A stretch of DNA of 64,000 nucleotides, from IMG/VR virus record IMGVR_UViG_3300024520_000049, positions 14,596 to 78,595 of that record; one strand, given 5' to 3'. Position numbers and translations under genes: made by a program. Of the stretch, positions 37,612 through 48,232 are shown piece by piece. How positions within the stretch are numbered: position 1 is the first letter of the stretch; the number at the start of each line of letters is the position of its first letter. The notes under the pieces are model-generated. The model had not been told where the DNA came from, ran no database searches, and saw only the letters and a program-made list of their open reading frames with translations. The DNA is from a virus.

Positions 37612-38325
37612 ATGGAACAAACTACTGACGCATATACACGATGGTCCACGGATCCGTCTCCGGATAACATGGCGAAGATCGTGGACTCTCTGGCCCCAAC
37701 GATCAATTCAGAGGTCCAGCGCTACAAGGGCCCTAAACCACTTCTGCGCACCCAGGCCAAGCAGTTGGCTATTGGCGCGGTGAAGTCCTATGATCCGGTT
37801 GCTGGTGCGAAGCTCAACTCATGGGTTGTAACTCAGTTACAGCCACTCACCCGCTACGGGCGTGAGACAGGTACCAGCGTGCACGTCTCGGAGCTGGCCT
37901 ACCGCCAAGCCGCCGAGATACATCGCCTCCGCGAGGAGATGTCAGAAGACGCGGGCCGCGCACCCACGGACGAGCAGCTGGCGGATGCCTCTGGAATATC
38001 TCTCGCCCGTATCCAGGGACTGAAGGAGCACAGCCGTGCTGTGGTCCCTGAATCAGCCTTTACGGCTACAGACTCCCCAGATGCCATCGAACCGTCGGTG
38101 AATATTACCGGCTCTGATCCGGCGCTGATTACTGCTACAGAGATGGTCTATGAAGGGCTGGACCAACGCGATCAGATGATATATGATCTGAAGACTGGCA
38201 AGCACGGCAAGAAGATGATAGATAATCAAAATATCGCAAGACGCTTGGGAGTTACGCCGGCGTTGGTCAGTCAGCGCAGTGCTAAGATTTCACAGATGAT
38301 ACTGGAGACGAGAGACCGTGTCTGA
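37612..38325 (+). CDS. RNA polymerase sigma-70 family factor (FliA/SigB-like architecture)
   Basis: Region 2 AVKSYDPVAGAKLNSWVVTQL; region 3 GRAPTDEQLADASGISLARI; region 4 LDQRDQMIYDL...NIARRLGVTPALVSQ. Confidence 0.88.
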   Translation: MEQTTDAYTRWSTDPSPDNMAKIVDSLAPTINSEVQRYKGPKPLLRTQAKQLAIGAVKSYDPVAGAKLNSWVVTQLQPLTRYGRETGTSVHVSELAYRQAAEIHRLREEMSEDAGRAPTDEQLADASGISLARIQGLKEHSRAVVPESAFTATDSPDAIEPSVNITGSDPALITATEMVYEGLDQRDQMIYDLKTGKHGKKMIDNQNIARRLGVTPALVSQRSAKISQMILETRDRV

Positions 38326-38755
38326 AGCCTCAGAAGATTCCGAAGCATCTAAGTTTGACGGAGTTAAAGACTTCCTCAACGACTACCTGGAGCATCGCCG
38401 ACAGGCGCTGAACAACCAGGAGGTAAGTCGTTGGGCGTCTAGTGATTGTGCCTCATACGAGGAGCTCATGGAAATCTTCGACCGTTCTGAAATCAACGAG
38501 AAGGTGTCCGAGCTATACGCCCTGGAGAAGACTGGCGCAAAAGGTGCGGATGTCGCTGCCCAGCAGGGTTATCGGATGATGATTCACTTCATGGCGTCAT
38601 TAGAGCGATGTGCCCGGATTCAGAGTATGAGCGGAAATTCCCACCGCCAGCGCTCGGCGGCGGACCATGCCAGAGCTATATTTACTGACAGACGCATCGC
38701 ACAGGCTACCCTGGAGCGTCTGCATGATTACATAAACAAGAAGGCTGGCGTCTGA
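38318..38755 (+). CDS. Hypothetical protein
   Basis: 145-aa helical ORF overlapping the sigma stop codon. Confidence 0.55.
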   Translation: MSEASEDSEASKFDGVKDFLNDYLEHRRQALNNQEVSRWASSDCASYEELMEIFDRSEINEKVSELYALEKTGAKGADVAAQQGYRMMIHFMASLERCARIQSMSGNSHRQRSAADHARAIFTDRRIAQATLERLHDYINKKAGV

Positions 38756-39246
38756 TGGCGATCGCAGGAACTACAACTGATCTTACGGGGCGGCGGATGG
38801 ACTTCGGCGCGCTTCAGCGTGTTTCCGAGGTCAAGGACGAGATCCGCCTCACCTCCACGGTATCACGGGATAACTACGGTGACCGCATTACAGGCCTGCA
38901 GAAGCTGGTGCAGCGCTACACCATCCTGTTTTTGACCGTGCAGGGCGACGTTAAGTACGCCCCGCTACAGGGGACGAATTTCGTAGATGCGCTGAATCGC
39001 GGTCTTATCCAGACCAACGAGACCGTCCTGCATCAATTCGTCTTCGCCAATAGCGCTGTCAACTCTCAACTGCGTGCAGATGATGTGAACCCCGATCTGG
39101 GGCCTGTGGCGCCAAATGACGAGCGTATCGCCAGTGCGGTGCTCCAGTCATTTGAGATTGACTATGTAAACGCTAGATTATTCTTGCAGATCGCCATCAC
39201 CAACCTGCAGGGCGAAACCACAATATTTGTACTGCCGACAGCATAA
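38755..39246 (+). CDS. Baseplate wedge/sheath initiator (gp25/W-like)
   Basis: ITGLQKLVQRYTILFLT..G..YAP..GT.F...DERIASAVL; directly upstream of the J-like gene. Confidence 0.7.
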   Translation: MAIAGTTTDLTGRRMDFGALQRVSEVKDEIRLTSTVSRDNYGDRITGLQKLVQRYTILFLTVQGDVKYAPLQGTNFVDALNRGLIQTNETVLHQFVFANSAVNSQLRADDVNPDLGPVAPNDERIASAVLQSFEIDYVNARLFLQIAITNLQGETTIFVLPTA

Positions 39247-39255
39247 GGAGTAACT

Positions 39256-40902
39256 ATGGCCATTGAACGTACACTCGCGGATGTCGATCAGACAGTGTTC
39301 GCTGAGTCCGAGGCAAAGCTCATCACCCTGCTGCTGGCCGAGAGCCCTGAGTTGGACCTCCGCCAAGGGACAGCATTGCGCGATCTGATCATACGACCCG
39401 CTGCACAATTTCACGCCCTGAACGGGCAGCTCAACGAGGACCTCCGCAACTCGCAGTCTGTAAAGCTGATTGCCGAAAACCCGGAGGTGGCCGACGAGGA
39501 CACGCTCGATAACATCCTGGCCAACATGGGTGTAACCCGCCAAGCAGGCGGATTCGCGACAGGGTTGGTGATGGTGGTCGTCAACGTGCAGAAAAACTAC
39601 ACACTCCCTGTAGGGTACAGTTTTGTAGACGCTGCCGGCACTACTTTCGCGACAACTCAGGACTTCAGCATCCGCGCATTTGACGAGCCGATCCCGCCGA
39701 ATGAGCTTGCTCTGTTCCCGTTTACCTCCGCGGATCTGGCCGGTAAGTACTATTTTCTGTTACCAGTTCAAGCCGCTATAGTTGGTACAACTGGTAACAT
39801 CGCCCAGGGCACTGCACTCGGGATCACCGGCCAGGCCTTCACAGGGATTGAGTCAGCTTCTGCATACGCGGCCTTCTCTGGCGGTAGTGCTGAGGAGACC
39901 ATTGAAGAAGTCTTGGCGCGCCTACCAGCCACCCTGTCGCTTAAAGCTTTTGAGTCCTCGGTGGCGATCTCCACGCGGATACAGGAGACGCTGACCAATG
40001 TGGTCGCAGTATCCTCTGTTGGCTTCGGCGATGATGCGCAGTTGCGTGATAAGCACAATGTTCTGGGCGTGGCTGTAGGGTCTAGGGTCGATGTGTACTT
40101 GCGCACGGGCCGGGAGCCGCAGATCACTATCTTGGAGAAAACCGCTACCAAAGTATCTGATGGGGTCTACACCTTCTCAATCGCAGCTGCTGAAGCCCCG
40201 GGGTTTTATAAGATTCGTGGGATTAGCAGTTTAGAGGATGTTGAATCCGCGGACCTACCCATTATAGGGTCGTTCCCATTCACCGAAGAGAGATCCTCGT
40301 CAGGTACGTCCGGAAGCTTCCACGATTTTGATGTGAACAACTTGGTAGTTGAGACAGCCTACACGGTGTTCCAAACAAGCACGGTGACTGTGACCAACGT
40401 CGCGCCGTCTATCATTGATGGCGCTGCTGTGTATCAGGACACCATCAATCTGAAGGTCGAGCTGTACGCGCCAACCAATCTAGTCGCGGCCCAGGCTTTT
40501 GTGGATAATGACGCCCTTCGCAACCTGGAGGGGGATCACCTCATTCGCGGCGCGATCCCCTGCTTCACCTCGATCAGTGCGAACGTGTTCCATAAGAAGG
40601 AGGTCGAGATAGATCTCACAGAGGTTAACCAGGCGCTGGCTGATTTCGTGAATTCGAAGGACTTTGGCGAGACCGTGACTGCCTCGCAAATCTCCGCGAT
40701 TTTGCATCAGTTCGACATTGTACGTGTAAATGAGTTACAGCTTAGTGGGAGTATTCGCGCCGCCGACGGCCAAGAGCTCACGCTCACCGGCGCAGACATC
40801 GATCCAAATTTGGTGCGAACCCCAGAGCTGCTGGTTACCACTGACACTGTTATCTTCATGCAGGACACTCGCGATATCTTTATTATTACCAGAGAGTTAT
40901 GA
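39256..40902 (+). CDS. Baseplate J-like (gp6-type) wedge protein
   Basis: LDLRQGTALRDLIIRP, LDNILANMGVTRQAGGFATGLV, GTTGNIAQG, FSGGSAEETIEE, VDVYL. Confidence 0.88.
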   Translation: MAIERTLADVDQTVFAESEAKLITLLLAESPELDLRQGTALRDLIIRPAAQFHALNGQLNEDLRNSQSVKLIAENPEVADEDTLDNILANMGVTRQAGGFATGLVMVVVNVQKNYTLPVGYSFVDAAGTTFATTQDFSIRAFDEPIPPNELALFPFTSADLAGKYYFLLPVQAAIVGTTGNIAQGTALGITGQAFTGIESASAYAAFSGGSAEETIEEVLARLPATLSLKAFESSVAISTRIQETLTNVVAVSSVGFGDDAQLRDKHNVLGVAVGSRVDVYLRTGREPQITILEKTATKVSDGVYTFSIAAAEAPGFYKIRGISSLEDVESADLPIIGSFPFTEERSSSGTSGSFHDFDVNNLVVETAYTVFQTSTVTVTNVAPSIIDGAAVYQDTINLKVELYAPTNLVAAQAFVDNDALRNLEGDHLIRGAIPCFTSISANVFHKKEVEIDLTEVNQALADFVNSKDFGETVTASQISAILHQFDIVRVNELQLSGSIRAADGQELTLTGADIDPNLVRTPELLVTTDTVIFMQDTRDIFIITREL

Positions 40903-42539
40903 AAACTATACCCTCACAGCCATCAACAGCAGACTTCGGCGGAAACGTCGTCGCGTCACTCGGCTCGTTCTGGACAACATTCTATCAGGATGTAGATCTG
41001 GTGAAGAGCTATGGTGGTGGCTCAGGACTCCTCGCCGCACAGTTCTACCTGAACTTTCTGGAGACTGCTGCCACTCTCGGCAAAGATGAGTTGCCGGTGT
41101 TTCATAGAGAGCAGTGGCACCCGATCATCATACGGAAGTCCCGCCGAGATGTCGGCACCAACCTACGCATCGTCTCTGGGCAGCAGCCTTTGGTTACCAT
41201 TGGACCTCAGCCCCTCGACACAGAGTATGTACCTGAGAAGGTCTACCATGTCGGAGCCCCCGCAAGTCGCTTTGGGCAGATCGGGTATGAGACTATTATC
41301 CAGGGGTGGGAGTCGGGTATCGATCGCGTCATGGATCAGATCGTCGACCCAAAAACGACACTACTACGGAACGTGCACTTCCAGATCAAGGCAGACACCA
41401 TTACATTTCTGCCTGATTACGACCCCTTCGATGACCCCAACTTCCCTCGTCGTGTGGTGCAGGACTCAGAGACGGGAGCGCAAGATGAAGAGATTCTTCT
41501 GTGGGGTTCGCATGCGCTGACGGACAAATTTTACGTGCGTGACCACTTCGGCTACGCCATCAACCTGACCGAAACTAGCACCCAGCTATACCAGGATCGG
41601 GTGAGCTCGCTGTGGAACATGCGCTTCGGGGGCACCACGCTGGAGCTATTTCAGGAGTCGGTGGGTCGGATGTTGGGTGTACCTACAATTAAAGGGGATG
41701 GTGAAGTTGTTGAGCAAGTCTACATAGAGGCCAATGGCGACACCTCTGTGGTTACCAACAGCAACGCGTACCGCTGTGCTCCCCTGGAGAGTGTGCTGCC
41801 TTCCGTAGTCCCCGGGGCGACACTGGATAGGGGGGCCTTTATCACCAACACGATCCGGCTGTACTCCAAGCTGGACACCACAAAGTTCTTCTCTGGTAAC
41901 GGCAGGACTCTCACAGAGTTCCTCGAAGACGTACCCGCGCTGTTCTTGCCCAAGGCACTCATTGGTAACTACAGTGCCCCAGGAGGGTTCATCGCCAAGT
42001 GGGAAGAAACACCAATCACTTTTCACGGGAATGACGGCAACGGCAACCCGAAGCTGCGTTTCGACCTTGGCGGGCAGCCGCAGGATCTCGAGCTGTTCTG
42101 GCGTGAGATCTGGGGCCGGGCAGAGCTTACTGAGGAAAGCCTGGCCGACACCTTCGCCGAGTTTCTCGCCAGCCCGCCCCCGTACTTCCAGGAGGGCGTC
42201 AGTGTGGGAACTATCAACCCACTAAAGTTTTACATGGACAACTCACTGAAAGCCAATGCCTCTGTGCTGGTAGTGGATTTCCCAGCACTGCGGCCCTATA
42301 TTAGATCTCTTGACATATTGGCTAGATTGCGGTATTTAATCCCGGCCCACACGCACTTATTTATTGTGGCCCGGCAAGAGATCGCGGAGGCTCCGTTCGA
42401 CCTTGGGCTACAGGCCATTGATGAGGTTGATAAGTACCACGGGAAAGCGTTAAAGGAGACCGCTGGGAATGGCCCGGTTGACGACGTGCTTAACTATGGC
42501 GACAGTATAATCACAAGATGGGTGAAGAAATGCAGCTAA
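40899..42539 (+). CDS. Putative baseplate wedge protein (gpI/gp7-like)
   Basis: Follows J; VRDHFGY...LFQESVGRMLGVP and RYLIPAHTHLFIV, similar to the gpI 'PAH' motif. Confidence 0.55.
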   Translation: MKTIPSQPSTADFGGNVVASLGSFWTTFYQDVDLVKSYGGGSGLLAAQFYLNFLETAATLGKDELPVFHREQWHPIIIRKSRRDVGTNLRIVSGQQPLVTIGPQPLDTEYVPEKVYHVGAPASRFGQIGYETIIQGWESGIDRVMDQIVDPKTTLLRNVHFQIKADTITFLPDYDPFDDPNFPRRVVQDSETGAQDEEILLWGSHALTDKFYVRDHFGYAINLTETSTQLYQDRVSSLWNMRFGGTTLELFQESVGRMLGVPTIKGDGEVVEQVYIEANGDTSVVTNSNAYRCAPLESVLPSVVPGATLDRGAFITNTIRLYSKLDTTKFFSGNGRTLTEFLEDVPALFLPKALIGNYSAPGGFIAKWEETPITFHGNDGNGNPKLRFDLGGQPQDLELFWREIWGRAELTEESLADTFAEFLASPPPYFQEGVSVGTINPLKFYMDNSLKANASVLVVDFPALRPYIRSLDILARLRYLIPAHTHLFIVARQEIAEAPFDLGLQAIDEVDKYHGKALKETAGNGPVDDVLNYGDSIITRWVKKCS

Positions 42540-43141
42540 CTGAAAAACTCCCGCAAACTTTCTGCCGCGGCCGCATCGTTGCTAAAAATGCTCGAACTGG
42601 TGAAGAGATCTACAAAAACTCAAATGTAGTCACTTACTCCGGCGCGGACATCATGGCGAACTTGCTGGCTGGCCGGAGAGAGTACGTACCCAGTCATATT
42701 GGCTATCTATTCGGGCCCGCCGCGGCCAGTATGTCCAACCCAGAATCGGCAGTGCCCAAGCGCCAGCATACCCTGGTAGACATTTCTGACGACCTGGCAG
42801 CGATCGCTGGCAACATGGTTGTTAGCCCGCTCGCAACAACACCCCTCATCCAGGTGGATGGGGACGAGACTCTTTACGAAGGCAACTCTGTGACGCTGAG
42901 CGCGATTAGCGATAGTACTTCGCCGATCGTCTTCTCTGGTGGGAGCTTTGCCGCCCTCGGCCCGCAGCCGACCACCGATAAGTATTTTCAGGTAGCGCTG
43001 CTCACCAGGCTATTGTTGCCCGGCTCAACGACACCTGTGTACATCCCTTTCGCCCGGACACAGCTCGCAGCAGGCTCCGATGGCCTGGTTGCCCAGTCCG
43101 ACTTTGAACTGGCGATTTTCTGGACAATCACCTTTAGATAA
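42530..43141 (+). CDS. Putative baseplate/tail-fibre attachment protein
   Basis: NVVTYSGADIMANLLAG start and IFWTITF end resemble fibre-collar N-terminal domains. Confidence 0.45.
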   Translation: MQLTEKLPQTFCRGRIVAKNARTGEEIYKNSNVVTYSGADIMANLLAGRREYVPSHIGYLFGPAAASMSNPESAVPKRQHTLVDISDDLAAIAGNMVVSPLATTPLIQVDGDETLYEGNSVTLSAISDSTSPIVFSGGSFAALGPQPTTDKYFQVALLTRLLLPGSTTPVYIPFARTQLAAGSDGLVAQSDFELAIFWTITFR

Positions 43142-43152
43142 CGGAGAGCGCT

Positions 43153-45894
43153 ATGAGCCTTTTCCCAGCAGTAGACGGCCTTCGGGATGGTGATGACTAC
43201 ATGGACGAAAAGTCCATCAATCGCCCAATCAACCAGCTACGAGAACGCACCGACTTCCTGAAATCGCAGCTTGAGCAGGTCATCGGGGCTGCCCCGTTCG
43301 AGTCTGTACGGCTGCAGAATGTCACGCTGGCCCTGGACGACACCCCAGTAGTTGGGGACTTTGTGTACCTGGAGCCGGAGAACAACACCTACGCTAAGGC
43401 GTTGACAGATACTCTGATCGACGCGCTGAACCCTTTTACGCATGCAACCAACACGGCCTTCGCGATGGGGATGGTTACAAAGATCGTCGGCGCAGGCGCG
43501 ACGGTTATCATGTTTGGCCGCCTCGACCTCGGATCTACCACGCTGTCGACCTTGCTGGAATCCGGAGAAACCTTCCGTGACGGCCCCTATTACCTGTCCG
43601 CCTCTGAGCCGGGCAAGATGACAGCAGAGCCCGCTGGCCCTGCGATCTTCCTTGGCTACTTCGTAGCGAGCGTCACCGACCCAACCTTCGGAGATACCGC
43701 ACTGCTCTCGCCGCAGTATAAGGATTTGTGGCAGGCCCACACCCATTACAACTTCGCCCTCGGAGCCCAGCCCGCCGGGGACAACGAAGCCACAGGTACT
43801 GATATTGTCACAGACATCACCCGGGTCCGTGGGATCAAACCTGACGATTATCAGCCCGGTGGTGCGAACGCAGGCACAGAACCCCCTTACCGCTTGTTCC
43901 TCCTGGGCGCATGGCAGGGGCAGGGAACGCCCACTTACACTGTATGGATTGAAGCGGCGGACGATACAATGGCCACTGCCAAGGTCTTTTGGGCCACCGA
44001 CGACGGCTCCGACAACAGCTTCCCTGGATTTGATGATCCTTCCGCGGGCGGTTATGATCCTGACTATGGCGCCACAGTTGGACGCCGCGTATCCTCTTAT
44101 GAGACGCCAATACCGATCGGTAGCAAGGGTTTATCCATCGTCCTGGAGAAAGAGTTCGATAGCACCTTGGCAGCACCGGATTGGGGCTCCGCAGATTTTG
44201 ACGCGATCGTCGCGCTTGGCCTACCACTGATTGAGCGTAACTGGACGCTCCCTATGCCGCACCGCCCACGCGGCTGGCTCCCTCACTGGGTGCGCCAACT
44301 GTCTGTATACACCGGCACAAGTGGTACACCGCCCGAATACACACTCCATCTATTCGGTGGGTACGACAACTTGGCCAACCGACTGACAGAGCGCATCAAA
44401 GTCACTGTCACCAGCGCAGGCGATTTCGCCACAGGGACCGTCGACCTTGAGGTCTTCGATCGGGAAGACGCGTCGATCACCACGTTCGCTGGCGTAGACT
44501 TCAGCGGCCCGGGGCTCGATCTGGGTAACGGCCTCTGGCTGACAGTCAGCAGATTTAAGCCTGATCACACTTTGGCGACTTCGACTACCGCGGCACTCAC
44601 GGACGTCTGGGAACTATCTTTCGCTGATGAGTCACCGGGCGCGAAGTTCGCATATAACATCGACATGGATCCGTCGCTCTCCAGCCGCTGGCCCCCGAGC
44701 CCGCTGTCGGCAGTCGTCATGGAAGTCAATGGTGTGACAATGGATCAGCGTGACTTCTTCGCAGCGGGGGCTGGTACGTACAAGCCAGCTTCCGACACTT
44801 TCTACTGGTATGCAAATGCTTACTCTCGCGGACCATTCCCGCAGGACTGGGAAACGCTGATCTCGACAGGCTTGCCTGAGCATGCTATGAACGAACAGCT
44901 CTTTCTGACCCGCCTGGCTATGGCCGGCACAGGTCTGGTGACTTCTCTCAAAGCAGCCCCTGGCTCCCAGCTAGAGGTCGTAGACTGCAACACTGGAGAG
45001 CCTGCCAACGTCGGCGATTTGGAGATACGCTCAGATTTCAGCTTCTCATTATCGGACAACGACCTCCTTGGAGCCAACGCGGTCAAAGGCGTAGGCGAAG
45101 ATGGCCAGCTGCTTACTGGCCGCGTCGTAGAGAAGATCCTGGCTGGCCCGGGTGTGATCGTGACAGAGAATGATCCTACCCACCCAGGACAAGGCACTGT
45201 ACGTATCAGTTCGGGCCTGGAGGGTTTGCTCCGCGGTAAGTTTGACGAGATCGTGCTGCAGAACGCCAAACAGGAGCTGGTCCCGAACCGCCTGTTCCCT
45301 TATGTGAAGCTGCTGAAGCATGATAGCACCCTCACGACGAATGTGCCGACCGCGTTTATCGCCAAGTTCCGGGTACCGCAGATACTGATAGCCAAGTACC
45401 GAATAATAGTATACGCCACCGTGTTCGGTCTGGACGATGTGCCCACTGGGGTAAATATCGAGGATCGTCGCTACTTCGGGCTTGAGGTTACGTACAGCGT
45501 GTTGCAAGACCTCACAGATGAGAGTAGCCCGGACACTTTCCTCTACGTCTCCCGCAACCTGGCTGAGGTAGGGCCCGCAGGGGTCTTGGAGACGACCTTT
45601 GACATCCCTGGAGACGTTCCTTTGGGTAAGCTTGGGGATGGCTATAAAGCCTATGACCCGCTCCTGCTGCATAATGATCTGGCAATACCTTCTGTAGAAG
45701 GTCAGGTCGTGGGCCCTTTCGCGGCACCGTTCCCCGTTGGGGGCGAAGACCCAGAAACGGTTACCGCTGGTGATCTGGTAGCAGTAAGGTTCGCTCGTAT
45801 CAGTCCGGTAGGTGGCGGCCACACAGGCGCCCCATTCGAGTACACAGGACACGTTGGCCTCATCAACCTGTCTTGGAAGCTGGTGGAGGTATGA
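43153..45894 (+). CDS. Putative proximal tail fibre/baseplate arm protein
   Basis: INRPINQLRERTDFLK fibre-anchor motif; beta-sandwich modules. Confidence 0.55.
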   Translation: MSLFPAVDGLRDGDDYMDEKSINRPINQLRERTDFLKSQLEQVIGAAPFESVRLQNVTLALDDTPVVGDFVYLEPENNTYAKALTDTLIDALNPFTHATNTAFAMGMVTKIVGAGATVIMFGRLDLGSTTLSTLLESGETFRDGPYYLSASEPGKMTAEPAGPAIFLGYFVASVTDPTFGDTALLSPQYKDLWQAHTHYNFALGAQPAGDNEATGTDIVTDITRVRGIKPDDYQPGGANAGTEPPYRLFLLGAWQGQGTPTYTVWIEAADDTMATAKVFWATDDGSDNSFPGFDDPSAGGYDPDYGATVGRRVSSYETPIPIGSKGLSIVLEKEFDSTLAAPDWGSADFDAIVALGLPLIERNWTLPMPHRPRGWLPHWVRQLSVYTGTSGTPPEYTLHLFGGYDNLANRLTERIKVTVTSAGDFATGTVDLEVFDREDASITTFAGVDFSGPGLDLGNGLWLTVSRFKPDHTLATSTTAALTDVWELSFADESPGAKFAYNIDMDPSLSSRWPPSPLSAVVMEVNGVTMDQRDFFAAGAGTYKPASDTFYWYANAYSRGPFPQDWETLISTGLPEHAMNEQLFLTRLAMAGTGLVTSLKAAPGSQLEVVDCNTGEPANVGDLEIRSDFSFSLSDNDLLGANAVKGVGEDGQLLTGRVVEKILAGPGVIVTENDPTHPGQGTVRISSGLEGLLRGKFDEIVLQNAKQELVPNRLFPYVKLLKHDSTLTTNVPTAFIAKFRVPQILIAKYRIIVYATVFGLDDVPTGVNIEDRRYFGLEVTYSVLQDLTDESSPDTFLYVSRNLAEVGPAGVLETTFDIPGDVPLGKLGDGYKAYDPLLLHNDLAIPSVEGQVVGPFAAPFPVGGEDPETVTAGDLVAVRFARISPVGGGHTGAPFEYTGHVGLINLSWKLVEV

Positions 45895-45895
45895 T

Positions 45896-46858
45896 ATGGT
45901 CCAGAACATTGAATGGCTGAATGAGAACTCAGGAAGGGCTTACCCGTTCCACGAGTCCACCACACGAGTAGACGAGACAGGGACGATTACGATTCCCAAC
46001 CACATGATCACTGATCTGGTGGTTGTAGTTCCAGCAGATGCTAGCGACACTTATTATGTGCGTTCAATACAGGTAGGCACAGGCCAACTTCGTCTGGTGA
46101 TCGCTGGCGTAACCACTTCGGATGTCGCCAGTGTAGGCCCGATCGACATTCCCACCCATGACGCAAACAACAGCTACCCTGTCGTGGGCATGGGGTTGTA
46201 CACGGATGTGCAAGGACGTATCTCCTTTGGCGAGCTATCCAACATCGCCCAGTTTATTGGCGAGGGCACCTTCGAGTTCGGATCCGTAGAAGCCAGACTG
46301 GAAGACCGCGCCGTACGGCCAGATCTACGGAGCCTCCGCTTCCTGCAAGTTTTTGATCCCGCGGGCTCATTGTCTGATCCGATTACAGGGACAGTCCGTC
46401 TGATTCCCGGCTCTAACATCCAGCTGGCGTACGAGGCAGCAGTTGTTGTCGACATCCCCGATCCCGTCACAGGGGACTTGGTACCCACAGTAATCACCCC
46501 TGCGGGCATTCGCATTGATGCGATTAACGCCGGCGACTTTGACGAAGAGTGTGCCTGTGAGAGCACCTTCCCGCAGCCAGACCCGATAAGGATGATCAAC
46601 GGCGTGACCGGGGATTTAGCTGGTAAAGTTCTATTTGAGAGTCTAGAGGGTTGTCTTCAGATATCCTCGGGAGGCTCCAATGTTCTAACCATTCAGGACA
46701 ATTGCTGCACACCTTGCTGTGGCTGCCCTGAGCTGGAGTTCATCACACAGCAGCTGATTATTCTGGAGGACAGCATACAAAAGCTGGAGCGGAGAGCGGA
46801 GGACCTGGACACGAGACAACAGACGTTTTTCACCAATGTACTTGGATCACTTCTATAA
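45896..46858 (+). CDS. Paralogous array protein 1 (EWLNENSGRAYPF), Cys cluster plus coiled coil
   Basis: ATG 45896 follows GGAGGT; shared motifs; CCTPCCGC. Confidence 0.65.
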   Translation: MVQNIEWLNENSGRAYPFHESTTRVDETGTITIPNHMITDLVVVVPADASDTYYVRSIQVGTGQLRLVIAGVTTSDVASVGPIDIPTHDANNSYPVVGMGLYTDVQGRISFGELSNIAQFIGEGTFEFGSVEARLEDRAVRPDLRSLRFLQVFDPAGSLSDPITGTVRLIPGSNIQLAYEAAVVVDIPDPVTGDLVPTVITPAGIRIDAINAGDFDEECACESTFPQPDPIRMINGVTGDLAGKVLFESLEGCLQISSGGSNVLTIQDNCCTPCCGCPELEFITQQLIILEDSIQKLERRAEDLDTRQQTFFTNVLGSLL

Positions 46859-48231
46859 TGCCCCAGAGCTTTCAAGAATACCTGACGGGTAACGACCAGA
46901 TTGCGTTCCCGTTCAAGGAGGACGCCCTCGCGCTCGCGCCGGCCAATACCGCCGCCGTTCATGGCGCCATCGCAACTTTACCGCTGAACTTCCTGATTGA
47001 CACAGTTTTCGTACTCCCGTCACAATTTTTCTACCCGACACTTATCGAAAATGGCGAATTAAGGCTGTACTCGATTGAGCACACGGGCACCCACTATCGG
47101 TTTACTATTGTCAGCGCGATTCGCTCGACTATTGCAGTCTTTGATGTGCCGACGGGCAGCTTGCCTGTAACATACGGTGTCGTGGCATTTCAGGACACAG
47201 TAACTCGTCTAACTATGCGACTTATTGTTGGTGAGGCGTTTGCAACGCATCTCGGCACCATGGCACCGTTAAGCACTGATTTGTTCGATGACCGCCTACC
47301 CTTTGAGACCGCAGCCGTCGAGTACCGCCCAGGGCGTGTGGAGAAGATTATCATCGAAAATGACATACCCGAAGAGGTCACCGGCGGGGTTTCACTGATC
47401 GCAGGGTACAACATACAGTTCACCGTGGATCCGGCAGATATCACTCCTGTGGAAGGTACAACAGACATCAGGATCTCCGCACGCGCTGGCGCGGGGTTCG
47501 GCAAGCGGCCATGCGAGCCGCCAGACCCGATCGACTACATCGCCACAATTAACGGGATCGGCCCAGACGAGGATGGGAATCTCACCATCGACCCAACGCT
47601 GTGCCACCGCCTCGGGTTACTGCCAGCAGCAAATAAGATCACCATTATCAACGACTGCGCCCCATGCTGTTCCTGCCAGGATTATGCCAACGCGGTCGAA
47701 GCACTGGAAGACTTCTTTGACGATCTCAAGGTCGTAAAGGACCAGCTGGATGAGACCATCGTCGACTACAACGATCAAGTGACTTTGTATAACACGGTCA
47801 TCTTTCCAAAATACAAAGCATTGATTGTGACAGGCAACGGGCAGGTAGGGTACAAGCCGCTGGACCCCGACAACGCTGAGCACTCCCCCGACAGCCGGAA
47901 CTGGGCCACGGTAGTATTTCGTGCAAACAACCGCGGGCACGATATTGAGGATGTGGTCCTGGCTATCTCTATGCCGGGCTTCACAGCGAAGCACGTGGTG
48001 TTGACCTACCAGGGTGTAACGACTACGATATACCAGGGCACGGACGCCGGCGTGACCGTACCAGGGATTCCTGTAGGTGATATGGAGAAAGGATCGGAGG
48101 CCCACGTGTACATGCTGGTGTGCCGTGCCCACCCTGCAGAAGGTCATGGGTCCGCAGTCATAACACCCTCCTGGACGCCTGCTTTTGCGGGGGACCCAGG
48201 TACTTCGGATCCTGTAGCTATTACATGGTGA
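46858..48231 (+). CDS. Paralogous array protein 2 (EYLTGNDQIAFPF), Cys cluster plus coiled coil
   Basis: GGVSLIAGYNIQF, INGIGPDEDG, CAPCCSC. Confidence 0.65.
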   Translation: MPQSFQEYLTGNDQIAFPFKEDALALAPANTAAVHGAIATLPLNFLIDTVFVLPSQFFYPTLIENGELRLYSIEHTGTHYRFTIVSAIRSTIAVFDVPTGSLPVTYGVVAFQDTVTRLTMRLIVGEAFATHLGTMAPLSTDLFDDRLPFETAAVEYRPGRVEKIIIENDIPEEVTGGVSLIAGYNIQFTVDPADITPVEGTTDIRISARAGAGFGKRPCEPPDPIDYIATINGIGPDEDGNLTIDPTLCHRLGLLPAANKITIINDCAPCCSCQDYANAVEALEDFFDDLKVVKDQLDETIVDYNDQVTLYNTVIFPKYKALIVTGNGQVGYKPLDPDNAEHSPDSRNWATVVFRANNRGHDIEDVVLAISMPGFTAKHVVLTYQGVTTTIYQGTDAGVTVPGIPVGDMEKGSEAHVYMLVCRAHPAEGHGSAVITPSWTPAFAGDPGTSDPVAITW

Positions 48232-48232
48232 C

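Noticed and set aside
23215-45894. Interpretation as an extracellular contractile injection system or T6SS
   Set aside because: It is contiguous with capsid, protease, scaffold, neck and RNAP genes, which indicates a phage.
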